This document shows, piece after piece, positions 1 through 10,700 of a DNA stretch of 64,000 nt. Numbering within the stretch: position 1 is the stretch's first letter; every line of letters begins with the position of its first letter. Origin of the DNA: a virus. The stretch is from positions 4,834 through 68,833 of IMG/VR virus record IMGVR_UViG_3300009176_000003; one strand, given 5' to 3'. The position numbers and the translations under genes are program-made. The notes under the pieces were generated by a model that saw only the letters and a list, made by a program, of their open reading frames with translations, was not told where the DNA came from and searched no databases.

Positions 1-911
1 TTGACGAACAGCGAGTCATTCGACTTGGGCAGGTGCTCGACGGCCTCCGCGCAGGCCAGCGCCGCCGGCTGCATGAACGGCTGCTCGCGGTACCAGTTCG
101 CCAGCGTCCACATGGATTCGGCACGGGTCGGCCGGTAGCTGTAGGCGTCGAGCAGCGTGGCGACGAACCCGTTGGTGTCGCCGGTGGCCTTGAGCGCGTG
201 CGCCAGGTCTACCTTGGCCTGCCAGACTTCCTCGGCCCAGCCTCCGGCGGCGATGCGTTTCTTGAACCAGTCAACAGCAAGGACAGGCTCCCCAGCGTCG
301 CGATAAGACGCAGCAAGATAGTACAGATAACGAGCATTATCCGGCTCATCCTGAAGTGCCTTTTCCAGGAGCTTGATGTCGCGTTTGAATTTGTCGGGGC
401 GGTTCGACCCATCAGCGTGGTCGATAAAATAAGCCACGTCCTCGGGGATTCGTCCAGCGGTCTGGACATCAAGGTATTCGTGCGTTGGGGATTTATAGTT
501 GCCCTTGGCCTTGACGTTGAGCAGCCGCGCATTGGTGTAGTGCAGCGCGCCGGCATGCTGGTACATCTCGTAGGCGAGGCCGTCGCGCGGTGCCAGGAAC
601 TGGTCGCGGTCCTTGACCACCAGCTCCATGTCGGCGTCCATCAACAGGAAGAACGACGGCTGGTAATCCGGAACATGCTTGCGCGCATAGGCTAGCGCGT
701 CATTGCGCGCCTGACCGAAGTCCTCGAACACCCCGTCATAGATCACGCCGGGCACACCGAACTCGCTGCACACCCGCCCAATGATCTCCTTGGTACGGTC
801 GGTGCTCCCGGTGTCCAGGATCACGAAGGACGTCAGATACGGCAGGGCCGACTTTAGCGCGCGTTCGATCCGCTCGCCCTCGTTGCGAACAATCATACTG
901 AGACAGAGCAT
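1..911 (-). CDS. GT2-family glycosyltransferase with TPR-like repeats (3' end truncated by window edge)
   Basis: Absent from the ORF track because there is no stop in the window. Manual translation from ATG 911: MLCLSMIVRNEGERIERALKS...VILDTGSTDRTKE...FEDFGQARNDAL...LLMDADMEL (DxD)...THEYL...YLYYLAASYRDAG. Confidence 0.9.
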   Translation of the reverse strand, partial: MLCLSMIVRNEGERIERALKSALPYLTSFVILDTGSTDRTKEIIGRVCSEFGVPGVIYDGVFEDFGQARNDALAYARKHVPDYQPSFFLLMDADMELVVKDRDQFLAPRDGLAYEMYQHAGALHYTNARLLNVKAKGNYKSPTHEYLDVQTAGRIPEDVAYFIDHADGSNRPDKFKRDIKLLEKALQDEPDNARYLYYLAASYRDAGEPVLAVDWFKKRIAAGGWAEEVWQAKVDLAHALKATGDTNGFVATLLDAYSYRPTRAESMWTLANWYREQPFMQPAALACAEAVEHLPKSNDSLFV

Positions 912-923
912 GCAGGGAGGCTC

Positions 924-952
924 AAAAAAGAAGGGGCTCTGTTGGGAGCCCC
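924..952 (-). terminator. Rho-independent terminator after the collagen gene trio
   Basis: Minus strand reads GGGGCTC-CCAACA-GAGCCCC-TTCTTTTTT. Confidence 0.75.
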
Positions 953-980
953 CTCAAGTTCACTGCGTGGTAGACGAAAG

Positions 981-1526
981 TCAACCTCCAGAGAACGTTA
1001 TCACACCGTTGCGCGCCCACATAGCCCCCTTCACGAAGGGGTCCGTGGTCGGAATGGTGAAAACCGTATTGCGTGCCGGACCCGGAGGTCCGCCAGGACC
1101 GGTACGTCCGGTCGGTCCAGCCGAACCAGTCGGGCCAATGGCACCGGCCGGGCCGTTCGCACCGGTCAGTCCGGCAGGTCCGGTGGGGCCGGTCGAGGTG
1201 TTTGCGCCAGTCGGCCCTGTCGGTCCGGTGAGCGCAGAACTCCCCAGACCACCGGTCGCCCCGGTCGCACCGGTTGCTCCGGTCGCCGGACGAGGTCCGG
1301 CGGGCCCCGCCACACCTGCCGAGCCAGTGTAGCCGGTCGGTCCAGTCGGACCGGCAGTCCCGCCAGCAGGGCCGGTCGGAGACAGCCCCGTCGCCCCGGT
1401 CGGGCCGGTCGAGGTCGCAGCACCGAGCGGTCCGCGCGGGCCGGTCGGCCCCAAACCAGAGTTCTCGTTGACCGCCTGGGCGGCGTCGCGGAGTCTGCCG
1501 TCGATTGAATTGTCGTCGATAGGCAT
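981..1526 (-). CDS. Collagen-like (Gly-X-Thr) virion fibre protein 3
   Basis: GPT/GAT triplet repeats; C-terminus [23 protein letters not shown]. Confidence 0.85.
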   Translation of the reverse strand: MPIDDNSIDGRLRDAAQAVNENSGLGPTGPRGPLGAATSTGPTGATGLSPTGPAGGTAGPTGPTGYTGSAGVAGPAGPRPATGATGATGATGGLGSSALTGPTGPTGANTSTGPTGPAGLTGANGPAGAIGPTGSAGPTGRTGPGGPPGPARNTVFTIPTTDPFVKGAMWARNGVITFSGG

Positions 1527-1532
1527 GAGGCT

Positions 1533-2111
1533 TTACCCCGCTGAAATCGTCAGGACGCCGCCGTTGCTCCACACCTGGCCCGCGACGTGCGGGTCGGATG
1601 CGGGCGGCACGAAGATGCTACGGCTGGAGCCGGTCGGACCGGTACCCCCGGCGACAGAGGCTGCGCCTACCGCGCCGCGCGGACCTTGAGCCCCGGCACG
1701 CCCGGTCGCGCCAGTCATGTTGGTCCCGGTCGGGCCGGTGGCTGCGCGGATCGGTCCTGCGGGCCCGGGTGGCCCGGTGTTCGCACCGGTCGCCGCGATG
1801 GGTCCGGTCGGGCCGGTTGGTCCTGCCAGACCGCCGAAGCCCGCCGTCCCTTGCGCCCCCGTCGGTCCAGTCGGGCCAGCCGACCCGGTCGGACCATAGG
1901 CACCACGAATGGTGCCGCCAGGCAATCCCGTCGGGCCAGTCGCCGCGATAGGTCCGGTCGGGCCGGTGGCCGAGCCGTAGGCCCCGGCCGGGCCGGTCGG
2001 GCCGGTGACGCCTGTTACCGTGGCGGCATTGACCGCATCGGCGAGTTCTTTCAGCGTCGGAGTGACCGCGTTGGGGTCGTAGTTCTGGGAAACGAGAGCC
2101 GTGCGCGCCAT
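1533..2111 (-). CDS. Collagen-like (Gly-X-Thr) virion fibre protein 2
   Basis: GPT repeats; C-terminus [23 protein letters not shown]; paralog of both neighbours. Confidence 0.85.
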   Translation of the reverse strand: MARTALVSQNYDPNAVTPTLKELADAVNAATVTGVTGPTGPAGAYGSATGPTGPIAATGPTGLPGGTIRGAYGPTGSAGPTGPTGAQGTAGFGGLAGPTGPTGPIAATGANTGPPGPAGPIRAATGPTGTNMTGATGRAGAQGPRGAVGAASVAGGTGPTGSSRSIFVPPASDPHVAGQVWSNGGVLTISAG

Positions 2112-2117
2112 GATGAA

Positions 2118-2675
2118 TTACCCCGCAGAGATGGTCGGCACGCCGTTATTGTTCCACACACGTCCCGAGACGTGGGGGTCCGACGTCGGCGCAATGAAAA
2201 GACTGACCACGGTGCCGGTCGGGCCCGTGGGCCCGGTCGCGCCCAGCGCTGCCGGCGGCCCCTGCAGACCGGTGATGCCAGCCGGACCCGTGGGTCCGGT
2301 CGGGCTCGCGCCCAGAGGCCCAGTCGCGCCGGTTGCCGCCCCGGTCGGTCCGGTGGGCCCGAGAATGCCCTGGGCGGTACCGGCCGGGCCGGCCGGACCG
2401 GCAGAGCCTGCCTGACCGGCAAGACCCGTGGGTCCGGTGGGTCCTGTCACGCCTGCAGCGCCCTGCGGTCCGAACCCGCCCATCGGGCCGGTGTTCAGGC
2501 CCGTGGCTCCAGTTGGACCAGTCATGCTCGCGCCGCGCGGTCCAGGCGCACCGGTCGCGCCGCCGGCTGGACCGGTCGGGCCGGTGACGCCTGCCGCAGC
2601 GATCCCCGCGGTGACTTCCTCCAGCACCGGGCCGACTTTGTTCGCGTCGTAATTGGTCGAAGACAGAATGGGCAT
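2118..2675 (-). CDS. Collagen-like (Gly-X-Thr) virion fibre protein 1
   Basis: GPT repeats; C-terminus [23 protein letters not shown]. Confidence 0.85.
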   Translation of the reverse strand: MPILSSTNYDANKVGPVLEEVTAGIAAAGVTGPTGPAGGATGAPGPRGASMTGPTGATGLNTGPMGGFGPQGAAGVTGPTGPTGLAGQAGSAGPAGPAGTAQGILGPTGPTGAATGATGPLGASPTGPTGPAGITGLQGPPAALGATGPTGPTGTVVSLFIAPTSDPHVSGRVWNNNGVPTISAG

Positions 2676-2724
2676 GGCGTAACCCTTGTGACGGCGCGCG
2701 TGTTACGTGCTTACACTGCGAGTG

Positions 2725-2740
2725 GTTGATCTTTCCTTAA
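2725..2740 (-). promoter_or_regulatory. CtrA-box-like site upstream of the collagen operon
   Basis: Minus strand TTAA-GGAAAGA-TCAAC, one mismatch to TTAA-N7-TTAAC; intergenic. Confidence 0.5.
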
Positions 2741-2744
2741 GTGG

Positions 2745-5129
2745 TCATCCGACCCCGGGAGAAAGTCGCGGCGTCGCGCCCGGACCGGGGCCGCGCGGCT
2801 GGTTTCCTACCAAGTGCGTCTGCGGTCCCATTCCCCCTGTGGGGGGTCCCCTGCGGGTGCCCTGGCCGTAGGCGGCCATCTGCGCCACATTGCCCTGCCC
2901 GCCCGGCTTGCCGCCCTGCGGTTGTGCCCCAAACGGGCCTTTTCCCGGCCCCGGCACCACCCCGCCGTCGCGGTCGTTGCGCATCGGGCCGCCGCCCGGA
3001 GGGGGGCCCTCTCCGGGCGCACCATCCGGGCCGACGTCCTGTTGCTGATCCAACCCGACCTGCGGACCGATTCCCAGTGCGGTAAGTTCCGAAGTGATCT
3101 TCTGCACGCCCTGGCCGACGCCCTTCTGGACGCCCTGCTCGATCTGCTCCAGCACCGGGCCGTGCTCGCGTTGCTTGGCTTCCTGCTTCTCCATCGCGTC
3201 GAGCTTCTCCTCGCTCGGCACGACTTCCTCGCCGTTCAGGCCAATCGTGGTGGCGATGGATCGCAACACCGCGCCACGCCCGGTGATCCCCATGATCTTC
3301 ATGTCAGTCGGGTTGAGCGTGGTTTGCAAAAACTCGAGTTGCCGCTGTCTTATTGTCTCGCGCTGGATCGCGACGTTCACGCCCAGCACCGTGATGTCCT
3401 CGGCACCAGTTAACAGGCCAGTCGTGTCGGTGAGCAGGATCAGGTCGGACAACTGTAAAAGCGCGGGCTCGATGACCTCGCGGTCGATGTTGGAAGAGAC
3501 CGTTTGAAGTATCTTGCTGGCGTTGCCCATCAGCATCGCGAGACCACTCGCGGTGCGTCCCGCGCCGCCGCTCGCGCCCTGCCCGCCGACGTATTTGGGT
3601 ATGGCGCTGACGTCGTCGGAGATGTCCACGAACTCCTTGTAGACCTTCATCAGGGCCTCGGAGTTCGAGGTCGGCATGAAGAATGAAATGGGAGGCTGCG
3701 CGTTCACCCCCACCGGGTCGTTGCGCGAGTGCCAGCGCTTCCACGGGTAAAGCTGATTGTCGTCGTCCGGTGTGATCCGGTCGTCGTTGATCATGACCTG
3801 GGGGCCGGACGAGATGGAGAGGTTGTTGACGAGACTGCGCAGCGTCGCATTGGCGGCCTGCTGGATGTCCTGCAACAAGTCGATCAAGGAGTTTCCTACC
3901 GGGGTGCCGGGGACTTTCTCGAACGAGGTGATAAAATAAGGATGCCGTTTGCGCGGAGACGGACTCAGATGGCATTTGATGACATGAGTGCCGATACACC
4001 AAACCTGTACGGCATAGTCCCGCAACTCGTCCGGTACCGCCAGTCCGTATTCCTGCAACATCCGCCCCTGGATGTTGCCGTTGTACTCCATCATCGCGAT
4101 CATGCCGGACCGGTTCCAGGCGGGGTTCTCCCGGCTTTCCAGAACTGCACGTTCGGCGTCGGTGGTGTCCCAATTATCGTAAAGTCCGCCTCGGCCATAT
4201 TCGTCGAGCACTGCCCGTATCTCGTCCTGATTGTAGCCGGGCAAATCGAGAAGATCGTTAAGTTCACCACGAGTGACCGAGAGTTTTTCGATCACCTCGG
4301 CATTCTCGATGTCGGCGACGCCGGGAGTGAACCAGATGTCGAACGGCGAGACCCGGTTCCAGGTCAGCTTGGGGGTCATCTTGATGTCGGGCTTGCCCCC
4401 GCCGGCGGGCCAGTCCACCTCGGGGACGACCTTGACCACCGGCCCCTTCATCACCGCAAATGGGAATATTGGGAGATCGACTAGGAACTCGGCCATGGCG
4501 TGATAGAACCCGCCGTCCCGGAGCAGCTCCTCAATGCGGTCCTCGCTGATGCGCGCCTGCTTGGTGGCCTTGCGCTTGGCCGCATCGGAGGCGCTCTCGA
4601 TCAGCGCGTCCTTGCGGTCCTGGATATCTTGCGTCTGCGGCGGCCGGCCCAGGGTCTGCGCCACCTGCTGTTGTTCCGCCTGCAAGAGTTGCTCAATCGA
4701 CTGGATGATCTCGTCCGGCACGTCCGGGTCGGCCGGGGGACGCACCGCATAGGGGCGGTCCTGCGAGAGATAGATATCGCGTAAGAGAGAAGACGCCGCG
4801 CGGCATTTCTGGGCCGCGATCCTGGCGTAGATGTTCGACCCGCCAAACTTCTGGATCTCCTGGATCTGCGTGGCGTCGTACTGGCCGTTGAAAGTACGCA
4901 TCGCCTGCAGGAGCCGCTCGCTCCAGCCGTTCACCGTGTTGCGGTGGTTACGAAAGATCTCAAAACGGGTCTTGATGAAACCAGCCAGCTGGCTCGGGTC
5001 CTGGTCGGCTTGCGGCATGTTGGAATTGGCGGCCTCGCTCTCGCGTGCCGCGATCTGCCGCTCCAGCTCGGCCGGCGGCACGACCTGGAGAACGCCCTGC
5101 TGGCCCAGACTTCCCGCCGTATCGACCAT
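2745..5129 (-). CDS. Portal (head-tail connector) protein
   Basis: 794 aa next to terminase; podoviral portal-like segments RVSPFDIWFTP, LLQDIQQAANATLRSLVNNLSISSGPQV and GAGRTASGLAMLMGNASK. Confidence 0.88.
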   Translation of the reverse strand: MVDTAGSLGQQGVLQVVPPAELERQIAARESEAANSNMPQADQDPSQLAGFIKTRFEIFRNHRNTVNGWSERLLQAMRTFNGQYDATQIQEIQKFGGSNIYARIAAQKCRAASSLLRDIYLSQDRPYAVRPPADPDVPDEIIQSIEQLLQAEQQQVAQTLGRPPQTQDIQDRKDALIESASDAAKRKATKQARISEDRIEELLRDGGFYHAMAEFLVDLPIFPFAVMKGPVVKVVPEVDWPAGGGKPDIKMTPKLTWNRVSPFDIWFTPGVADIENAEVIEKLSVTRGELNDLLDLPGYNQDEIRAVLDEYGRGGLYDNWDTTDAERAVLESRENPAWNRSGMIAMMEYNGNIQGRMLQEYGLAVPDELRDYAVQVWCIGTHVIKCHLSPSPRKRHPYFITSFEKVPGTPVGNSLIDLLQDIQQAANATLRSLVNNLSISSGPQVMINDDRITPDDDNQLYPWKRWHSRNDPVGVNAQPPISFFMPTSNSEALMKVYKEFVDISDDVSAIPKYVGGQGASGGAGRTASGLAMLMGNASKILQTVSSNIDREVIEPALLQLSDLILLTDTTGLLTGAEDITVLGVNVAIQRETIRQRQLEFLQTTLNPTDMKIMGITGRGAVLRSIATTIGLNGEEVVPSEEKLDAMEKQEAKQREHGPVLEQIEQGVQKGVGQGVQKITSELTALGIGPQVGLDQQQDVGPDGAPGEGPPPGGGPMRNDRDGGVVPGPGKGPFGAQPQGGKPGGQGNVAQMAAYGQGTRRGPPTGGMGPQTHLVGNQPRGPGPGATPRLSPGVG

Positions 5130-5152
5130 GCCGGCACGATGGCATGCGACCC

Positions 5153-5168
5153 GTTAACGGACCGTTAG
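5153..5168. promoter_or_regulatory. CtrA-box-like site centred between the divergent portal and terS genes
   Basis: GTTAA-CGGACCG-TTAG, about 25 bp from each start codon. Confidence 0.55.
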
Positions 5169-5192
5169 CGGGTTTCGTGAAACATTCCCGGC

Positions 5193-5807
5193 ATGAACGA
5201 CGATTATGTCGAGACCGGCCTGGTCCCCCGGACCGTTACCGCCACGGCAACACCCATTGCAGCGGATCATCGCTCGACCCAGCCCGCTGTGATCGCGCCC
5301 GCGCCGCCAGCAACTCCCCCCACGGCGCGGGCGATGCCTATGCCGGACGGCTGGACCCTGCACAAGGTCGCCGCGCTGGTCGGCGACGTGGCGCAGAACA
5401 TGTACGAGATGCCGTACATCCTGAAGAAGCACGAGCTGACCAAGGAGCAATACGCCACGCTGGAGAACAACGAGTTCTTCCAGAAGGCGCTGGAAGCCGA
5501 GATCATTACCTGGCAGGGCGCGAATTCCATTCAAAAGCGCCTGATGCTGGAGGCCGCCATCGGGGCCGAGGCGGCGATGCCGACGCTGGCGGCGCGGATG
5601 CAGAGCAAGACCGAGCCTTTGGGCGACATTGTTGCCCTGATGAAGTTGTTCAGCGAGATGGCCGGGGTCACCGGCGTGAAGGCCGCCGGCGGGCCGAGTT
5701 CGTTCGGCGAGCGCTTCAAGATCGTCATCAACCTGGGCAGCGACTCCCTGCAGAAAGAGGCTTCTCCCAGCGTCGACCCCAAGATCATCGAGCACAGTCC
5801 CGCATGA
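5193..5807 (+). CDS. terS: Putative terminase small subunit
   Basis: ATGA overlap with terL; helical 204-aa protein with C-terminal FKIVINL strand. Confidence 0.65.
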   Translation: MNDDYVETGLVPRTVTATATPIAADHRSTQPAVIAPAPPATPPTARAMPMPDGWTLHKVAALVGDVAQNMYEMPYILKKHELTKEQYATLENNEFFQKALEAEIITWQGANSIQKRLMLEAAIGAEAAMPTLAARMQSKTEPLGDIVALMKLFSEMAGVTGVKAAGGPSSFGERFKIVINLGSDSLQKEASPSVDPKIIEHSPA

Positions 5808-7273
5808 GCGCCGACGACCTGGTTTATACCCCGCCGAGCACGCTCGCGCGGTTCATGCGCTCCAATGCCTACGGGAGAATATCCGCAGGACCGGTCGGAT
5901 CGGGCAAGACCACCGCCTGCATGATGGAATTATTGCGCCGGGCCTGCGAGCAGAAGACCGCACCCGACGGCTACCGCCACACGAGATTTGCGGTAGTCAG
6001 ACAGACCTTGAAGTCGCTGAAAGACACGGTGCTCAAGGACTGCGAGACCTGGCTGGCGGCACGCGGCATCGGCGTGTGGAAAGTCAGCGAATCTACATTT
6101 CATGTCGCGTTCAACGACGTACGGTCAGAGTGGGTGTTCCTCCCCCTGGAGGACGCGCAGGACCAGGCGAGATTGCTCTCGATGCAGCTGACCGGGGCGT
6201 GGCTCTCGGAGTGCGTCGAGATGAATTTAGATATTCTTGGACCCGTCTCGGGCCGCCTGGGCCGCTACCCCTCTGGCGCACACGGCCAGCCGACGTGGCA
6301 CGGCATCATCGCCGACACCAACATGCCCACGGAAATGTCCCCGTGGTACACCTTCATGGAGAACCTGCCCAGCGACTGGGACAAGTTCATCCAACCCTCC
6401 GGCATGAGCGAGACGGCGGAGAATCTCGAATGGCTGGTGCAAACCGACGAGACGATCAGTTTGCCGCTGCGCCATCCGGTACGGGTACGGCAGGGGCGCA
6501 AGTACTACGAGCGCCTGGTCGAGATGTACGGCGCGGATTCGGACTGGGTGAAAAGATACGTTTACGCCGAGTACGGCGACGATCCGTCCGGCGCGGCAGT
6601 GTTCAAGAACACCTTCAAGCTCATGTTCCACACCGTCGACGACACCCTGCTGATCCCGGGCTACCCCTTGATCATCGGGCAGGACTTCGGGCGTAATCCA
6701 TGGTCACTGATTTGCCAGCCGGACCACTTGGGGAGACTGCTCGTCCATGAAGAAGTCGCGGGCACGAACGTCGGCCTCGAAAAGCACGTCAACGAAAAGC
6801 TCAAGCCGCTGCTCTACTCCAACAAGTACCTCGGCTGGCGCGTGGCGACAGTTGGCGACCCCAGCGGCGTTGCAAAGGGTAGCATTGCAGAAGAGAGCTG
6901 TTTCGATGCTCTCAAGAGACTTGGTTTACCTGCTTTCCCAGCGCCAACCAATGATATCGAGCCGCGCCTACGAGCTGTCGAAACTTTACTTGGACGCCAA
7001 GTTGGGGGTGGCCCTGCGCTCGTTATCAGTCGCAGAGGCTGCCCTAAGCTCTGCCGAGCAATGTCTGGAGGCTATCGTTTCATCAAGACCAAGCAGGGCG
7101 CGCTCAAAACCGTCCCCGACAAAAACGACCCGGAAGGCTACTCGCACGTCGCGGACTGTCTCCAGTACGCCGCTTTAATTGTGCACGGCAACATGGTGGG
7201 GTGGATCACCACCAGGTTAAACCCGCCCAAGCGCGCCACCCCGCAGCAGATTTCAGCTGCGGGATGGACTTAA
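5804..7273 (+). CDS. terL: Terminase large subunit
   Basis: Walker A GPVGSGKT, RFAVVRQT, Walker B LTGAWLSE, coupling motif ADTN, nuclease GQDFGRNP and SHVADCLQY; start reassigned to ATG 5804. Confidence 0.93.
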   Translation: MSADDLVYTPPSTLARFMRSNAYGRISAGPVGSGKTTACMMELLRRACEQKTAPDGYRHTRFAVVRQTLKSLKDTVLKDCETWLAARGIGVWKVSESTFHVAFNDVRSEWVFLPLEDAQDQARLLSMQLTGAWLSECVEMNLDILGPVSGRLGRYPSGAHGQPTWHGIIADTNMPTEMSPWYTFMENLPSDWDKFIQPSGMSETAENLEWLVQTDETISLPLRHPVRVRQGRKYYERLVEMYGADSDWVKRYVYAEYGDDPSGAAVFKNTFKLMFHTVDDTLLIPGYPLIIGQDFGRNPWSLICQPDHLGRLLVHEEVAGTNVGLEKHVNEKLKPLLYSNKYLGWRVATVGDPSGVAKGSIAEESCFDALKRLGLPAFPAPTNDIEPRLRAVETLLGRQVGGGPALVISRRGCPKLCRAMSGGYRFIKTKQGALKTVPDKNDPEGYSHVADCLQYAALIVHGNMVGWITTRLNPPKRATPQQISAAGWT

Positions 7274-7275
7274 CC

Positions 7276-7743
7276 TTATTTCTTCTTTTTCTTCTTGGTC
7301 TTCGGCTTGTCGGGCTCGTCCGACTCGTCCTCGTCGCTGTCGTCGTACTCGTACTCGTCCTCGTTCTCCTCGGCTTCCGCCATAGCCGGCGCATGCTCCG
7401 GCGTTACCGCGGCGGCAACAGGCTTTGCGGCGGGCTCCTGCTCAAGCAGCTCGGCATCGCCCGGTTCGAGCGCAGCCCCGGCACGCGCGCGTGCCTGCGC
7501 CGCAGCCCTGGGCTCGTCCTCCGGCGCAACAGGAATTTTCGAGCCGCGCAGGGTATCGCGCGGGTCCGGCGGCGGCATGTTGCTGTCGTCGTGGTGCTGC
7601 ACCGGGATGAAGCTGTCGACATGCGCGAAGGCGGGCTGGTTTTGCGGCTGCACTCCCGGGTCGGCCGCCTGGGTCGGGAAGGGCTCGTCGGGCCGGTTCG
7701 AGCCGGAGCCGGGCAGCGGCTCTGGAGTCGGGTGCTTGGTCAT
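7276..7743 (-). CDS. Hypothetical Pro-rich/acidic protein with poly-Lys tail
   Basis: RBS AAGGAGG before ATG; 155 aa. Confidence 0.7.
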   Translation of the reverse strand: MTKHPTPEPLPGSGSNRPDEPFPTQAADPGVQPQNQPAFAHVDSFIPVQHHDDSNMPPPDPRDTLRGSKIPVAPEDEPRAAAQARARAGAALEPGDAELLEQEPAAKPVAAAVTPEHAPAMAEAEENEDEYEYDDSDEDESDEPDKPKTKKKKKK

Positions 7744-7771
7744 GGTGCGCCTCCTTGGTTAAGACAGGATA

Positions 7772-10700
7772 TCACAGCCCCCACTTGTTCTTGAGATAGG
7801 TGTCGAGCGCGGCGACGGTGGTGGCATCGCTGTAGCCGGTGGCGATGCCACACTCAGCAATTGGCCCAGCAAACTGACTTGCCAATCCCGGGTCGTTACC
7901 GATCCGCAGAGTGCCTGCGTCGGACCAATTGCCACCGGATGCAGCAGTCCCCGCCGAGACGCCATCAACATAAACCGTAAAAGTCCCGTCAGACTTGATC
8001 GTTGCAATCAGCCGGTGCGGCGCAGGATAGGCCGTCGTCGTTGCCACAGCTGTCGTGCTGTTACGATAAAGAACACATTGTGTTGACGACGTGCCATTCT
8101 GGGCAAATAGCCAACTGGTCGGACTGCCGTAGTCAACACCCCCGCTGCCACCAAGATAGGAAAAATAGCGGCCATAATTTTGTGTCCCCGTTGCACCCAT
8201 TGTGGTGACCAGCCACAAGGTCAAGGTGTTGCCACTGCTCATTGGAAAGCTTGTCGCTTTCAACACATTGACCCCAGCAGAAGAAAACACCAGGGCAGGC
8301 TTGGTCGAATTAAACCCGGTTGCATTGTAAGTTGGTTTGGCGCTCTCCCAGTTCATGGTGTTGCCAAGGCCGCTCTGATCGGCCACGCTATTGATGCTCG
8401 ATCCGGTCAAATTCAGGCTTGCCGTCACGCTCGCATCCCACCAACCAACCAATCCGGTAAGGGCCGTGGGGGACCACACATACGCCGCAACCGTCACCTT
8501 GGGATCGACATAGTACGTGGCACTCGCCTTCCCGACCCGCACCCGCGCGTGGATATAGCCGGGGAGCTGCGGCGTGATGGTGCTGGCGAGCTTGAAGGGG
8601 AGCCAACCGGCACTCGGACTACTGGTTTTATACGGATGACCGCCCGGCAGACTTGCGACCAGACCCCACTTCCACGCAAGGTAGCCCTCTAGCTTCTGCC
8701 GGTTGAGGGTCGTCGGCTTGTTCTGTAGGATAATCACCTCACCGAACTCACCCCCGTGAAACCAAGTGGAGACAGCATCGCTAGCGAAGTAACTAGTGGT
8801 GGCACGACCAGCCACAGTATTTGAGCCAGTCGTAAACTTGTCAGTACCATCCATGGCGTGACCCCAATCACTAGGGGCCGACCAAAGCATTACCTGATGC
8901 CAAATATTGACAGCAACCGCGCCCGCCGTTTTACGGCTATTAGACAAAAAATCAGAATATACCGTGCCGCCAAAAGTGTAATGGTTGTTCTGTGTGTCGC
9001 TACCCATGTCGCAGATGCCGCCAGTATCGCCACTCACACCCTTGTTGACCGCAAAGAACGATCCAGACGTGAGCGCAGACGCCGAGGCGAAGGTCGCGTA
9101 TTTGACACCGCCTGCAAAATCCAACGCCTTCAGACTATTCTGTGCATTGGTCTTGGCTGTCGGCGAGTTAGCTGTTGTCAGCGTGCGGCTGTTGCCTGAG
9201 CTGTCGGTCACCGTCGCCACCGCAACGCCGTTGGCTTCCGACATGGCATCGAACTTCCACCACGCCCATAAATCCGCGCCAAGATCGGCCGGTGACCATG
9301 GTGCTGGCGTAGCCCACACCGAACTGTCGCTCGCCACCGCCGCATTGCTCGCAAGCACGTTCGACTTGGTCGTGGTGACGATGGTGCCCTTGGGGTCGGT
9401 CGATGTCCCGAGGTACTCCGTCTCCAGCCAGATGTCGTCGTTGTTGGGCAGCGCGCCCGCGTTGACCGTGCCACATACCGTGGCGGTAACCGCGCTCCCC
9501 ACGGTCGAATTCCATATCGCCATCGGCTCCGACTTGAAGGGGCGCAGCCACTCGGCGTTGGCGCTGGTGACGATCTTGCGCGCCTGCGCCTGCCCGTTCG
9601 GGTCGACGGCACCGCCGGTGCGGACGATGGAGGTTTCCGTCGTCTCGGTCCCCTCGTAGGCGACCCGCGTCGACTTGTAGGCGGTTGCGGCCGAGTCGGA
9701 GCGGATCAACTGCACGTTCATGCCGGAGTTGATCGGGGTCGTGATGGTCATGGCGGCGTTGAGCTTGCAGTCCTGCACGATCAGCGAGCCGATGGAAGAG
9801 TTGCTGGCGTTGGTGAACAGCGAACCGGTGAGCTGCGAGAGGTCGAGGTTGCGCAACACGAACTCGTTGAACCGACCAGAAGAATTAGACTGCTGCAACA
9901 GGGTCGTGGGAACAGATGATCCAGACGCAAGTATTTGTCCGGTATTTTGCCAAATGAAGCGACAAAAATAGGGGAGAATGTATCCGGTAGTACCCCCAAA
10001 TTTAACCGTCGTGTTGTTAAAAGTTACAATACCCCAAGCCGTGCTGGTTGCTCCCATGATAAGCTGCCCAATCCCAGCCAACCAGAAAGAGCAGTTGTCG
10101 AAGCAATACCAGTTCTGGACTTGACCTACTGCAGAAGCCCCGATGAACACCCCGGCCGAAGTCGTGCTGAAAGTAATACCGTAAAAATAAAACGACCCTT
10201 GCGAGGAAAACGTGATCGAGCTGCCGGGCGTAATTGACGCTCCGGTCATGATGTTGCTGTCTGTGGGCGGATAACTGCCTGAATGATTGTGACAGAGCAC
10301 CTTGGCCAGAAGCGCACTGGCAAGGCTGATGTTGATCGTCCCGGAACCGGTTTCTGCGTGGTTGTCCCCAACGTACACTGTGTTGCCGGACGTAAACCAG
10401 GTCGAGGTGAACACACTTTGCAGCCGCGCGTGGGGGGCCTGTCCTCCGGTGAAATTACCCACCACCCCCAGCGAACGCCACGTTGCCGTCCCGCCGCTCT
10501 CGGCCGTCGATGTCCCAGCCGTATCACTGAACGCGGGTTCTGCGGCTCCCAGTGTCCCCGCCGTCGTGCAACACTGATAACTCGATCCGCTGTTGGTCTT
10601 GATGATCACACCCAATGACGGCGTCCCCACTGCCTTCATTTGTGCCCAACTGAACGTATTGGCAGCATCGCCATTGACCGACGACATGCCGGTGCATTCC

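Noticed and set aside
33-695. 220-aa + strand ORF
   Set aside because: Antisense to the truncated glycosyltransferase
5045-5803. N-terminal extension of the 742-aa terminase ORF
   Set aside because: Overlaps portal and terS in another frame; terL motifs begin after ATG 5804
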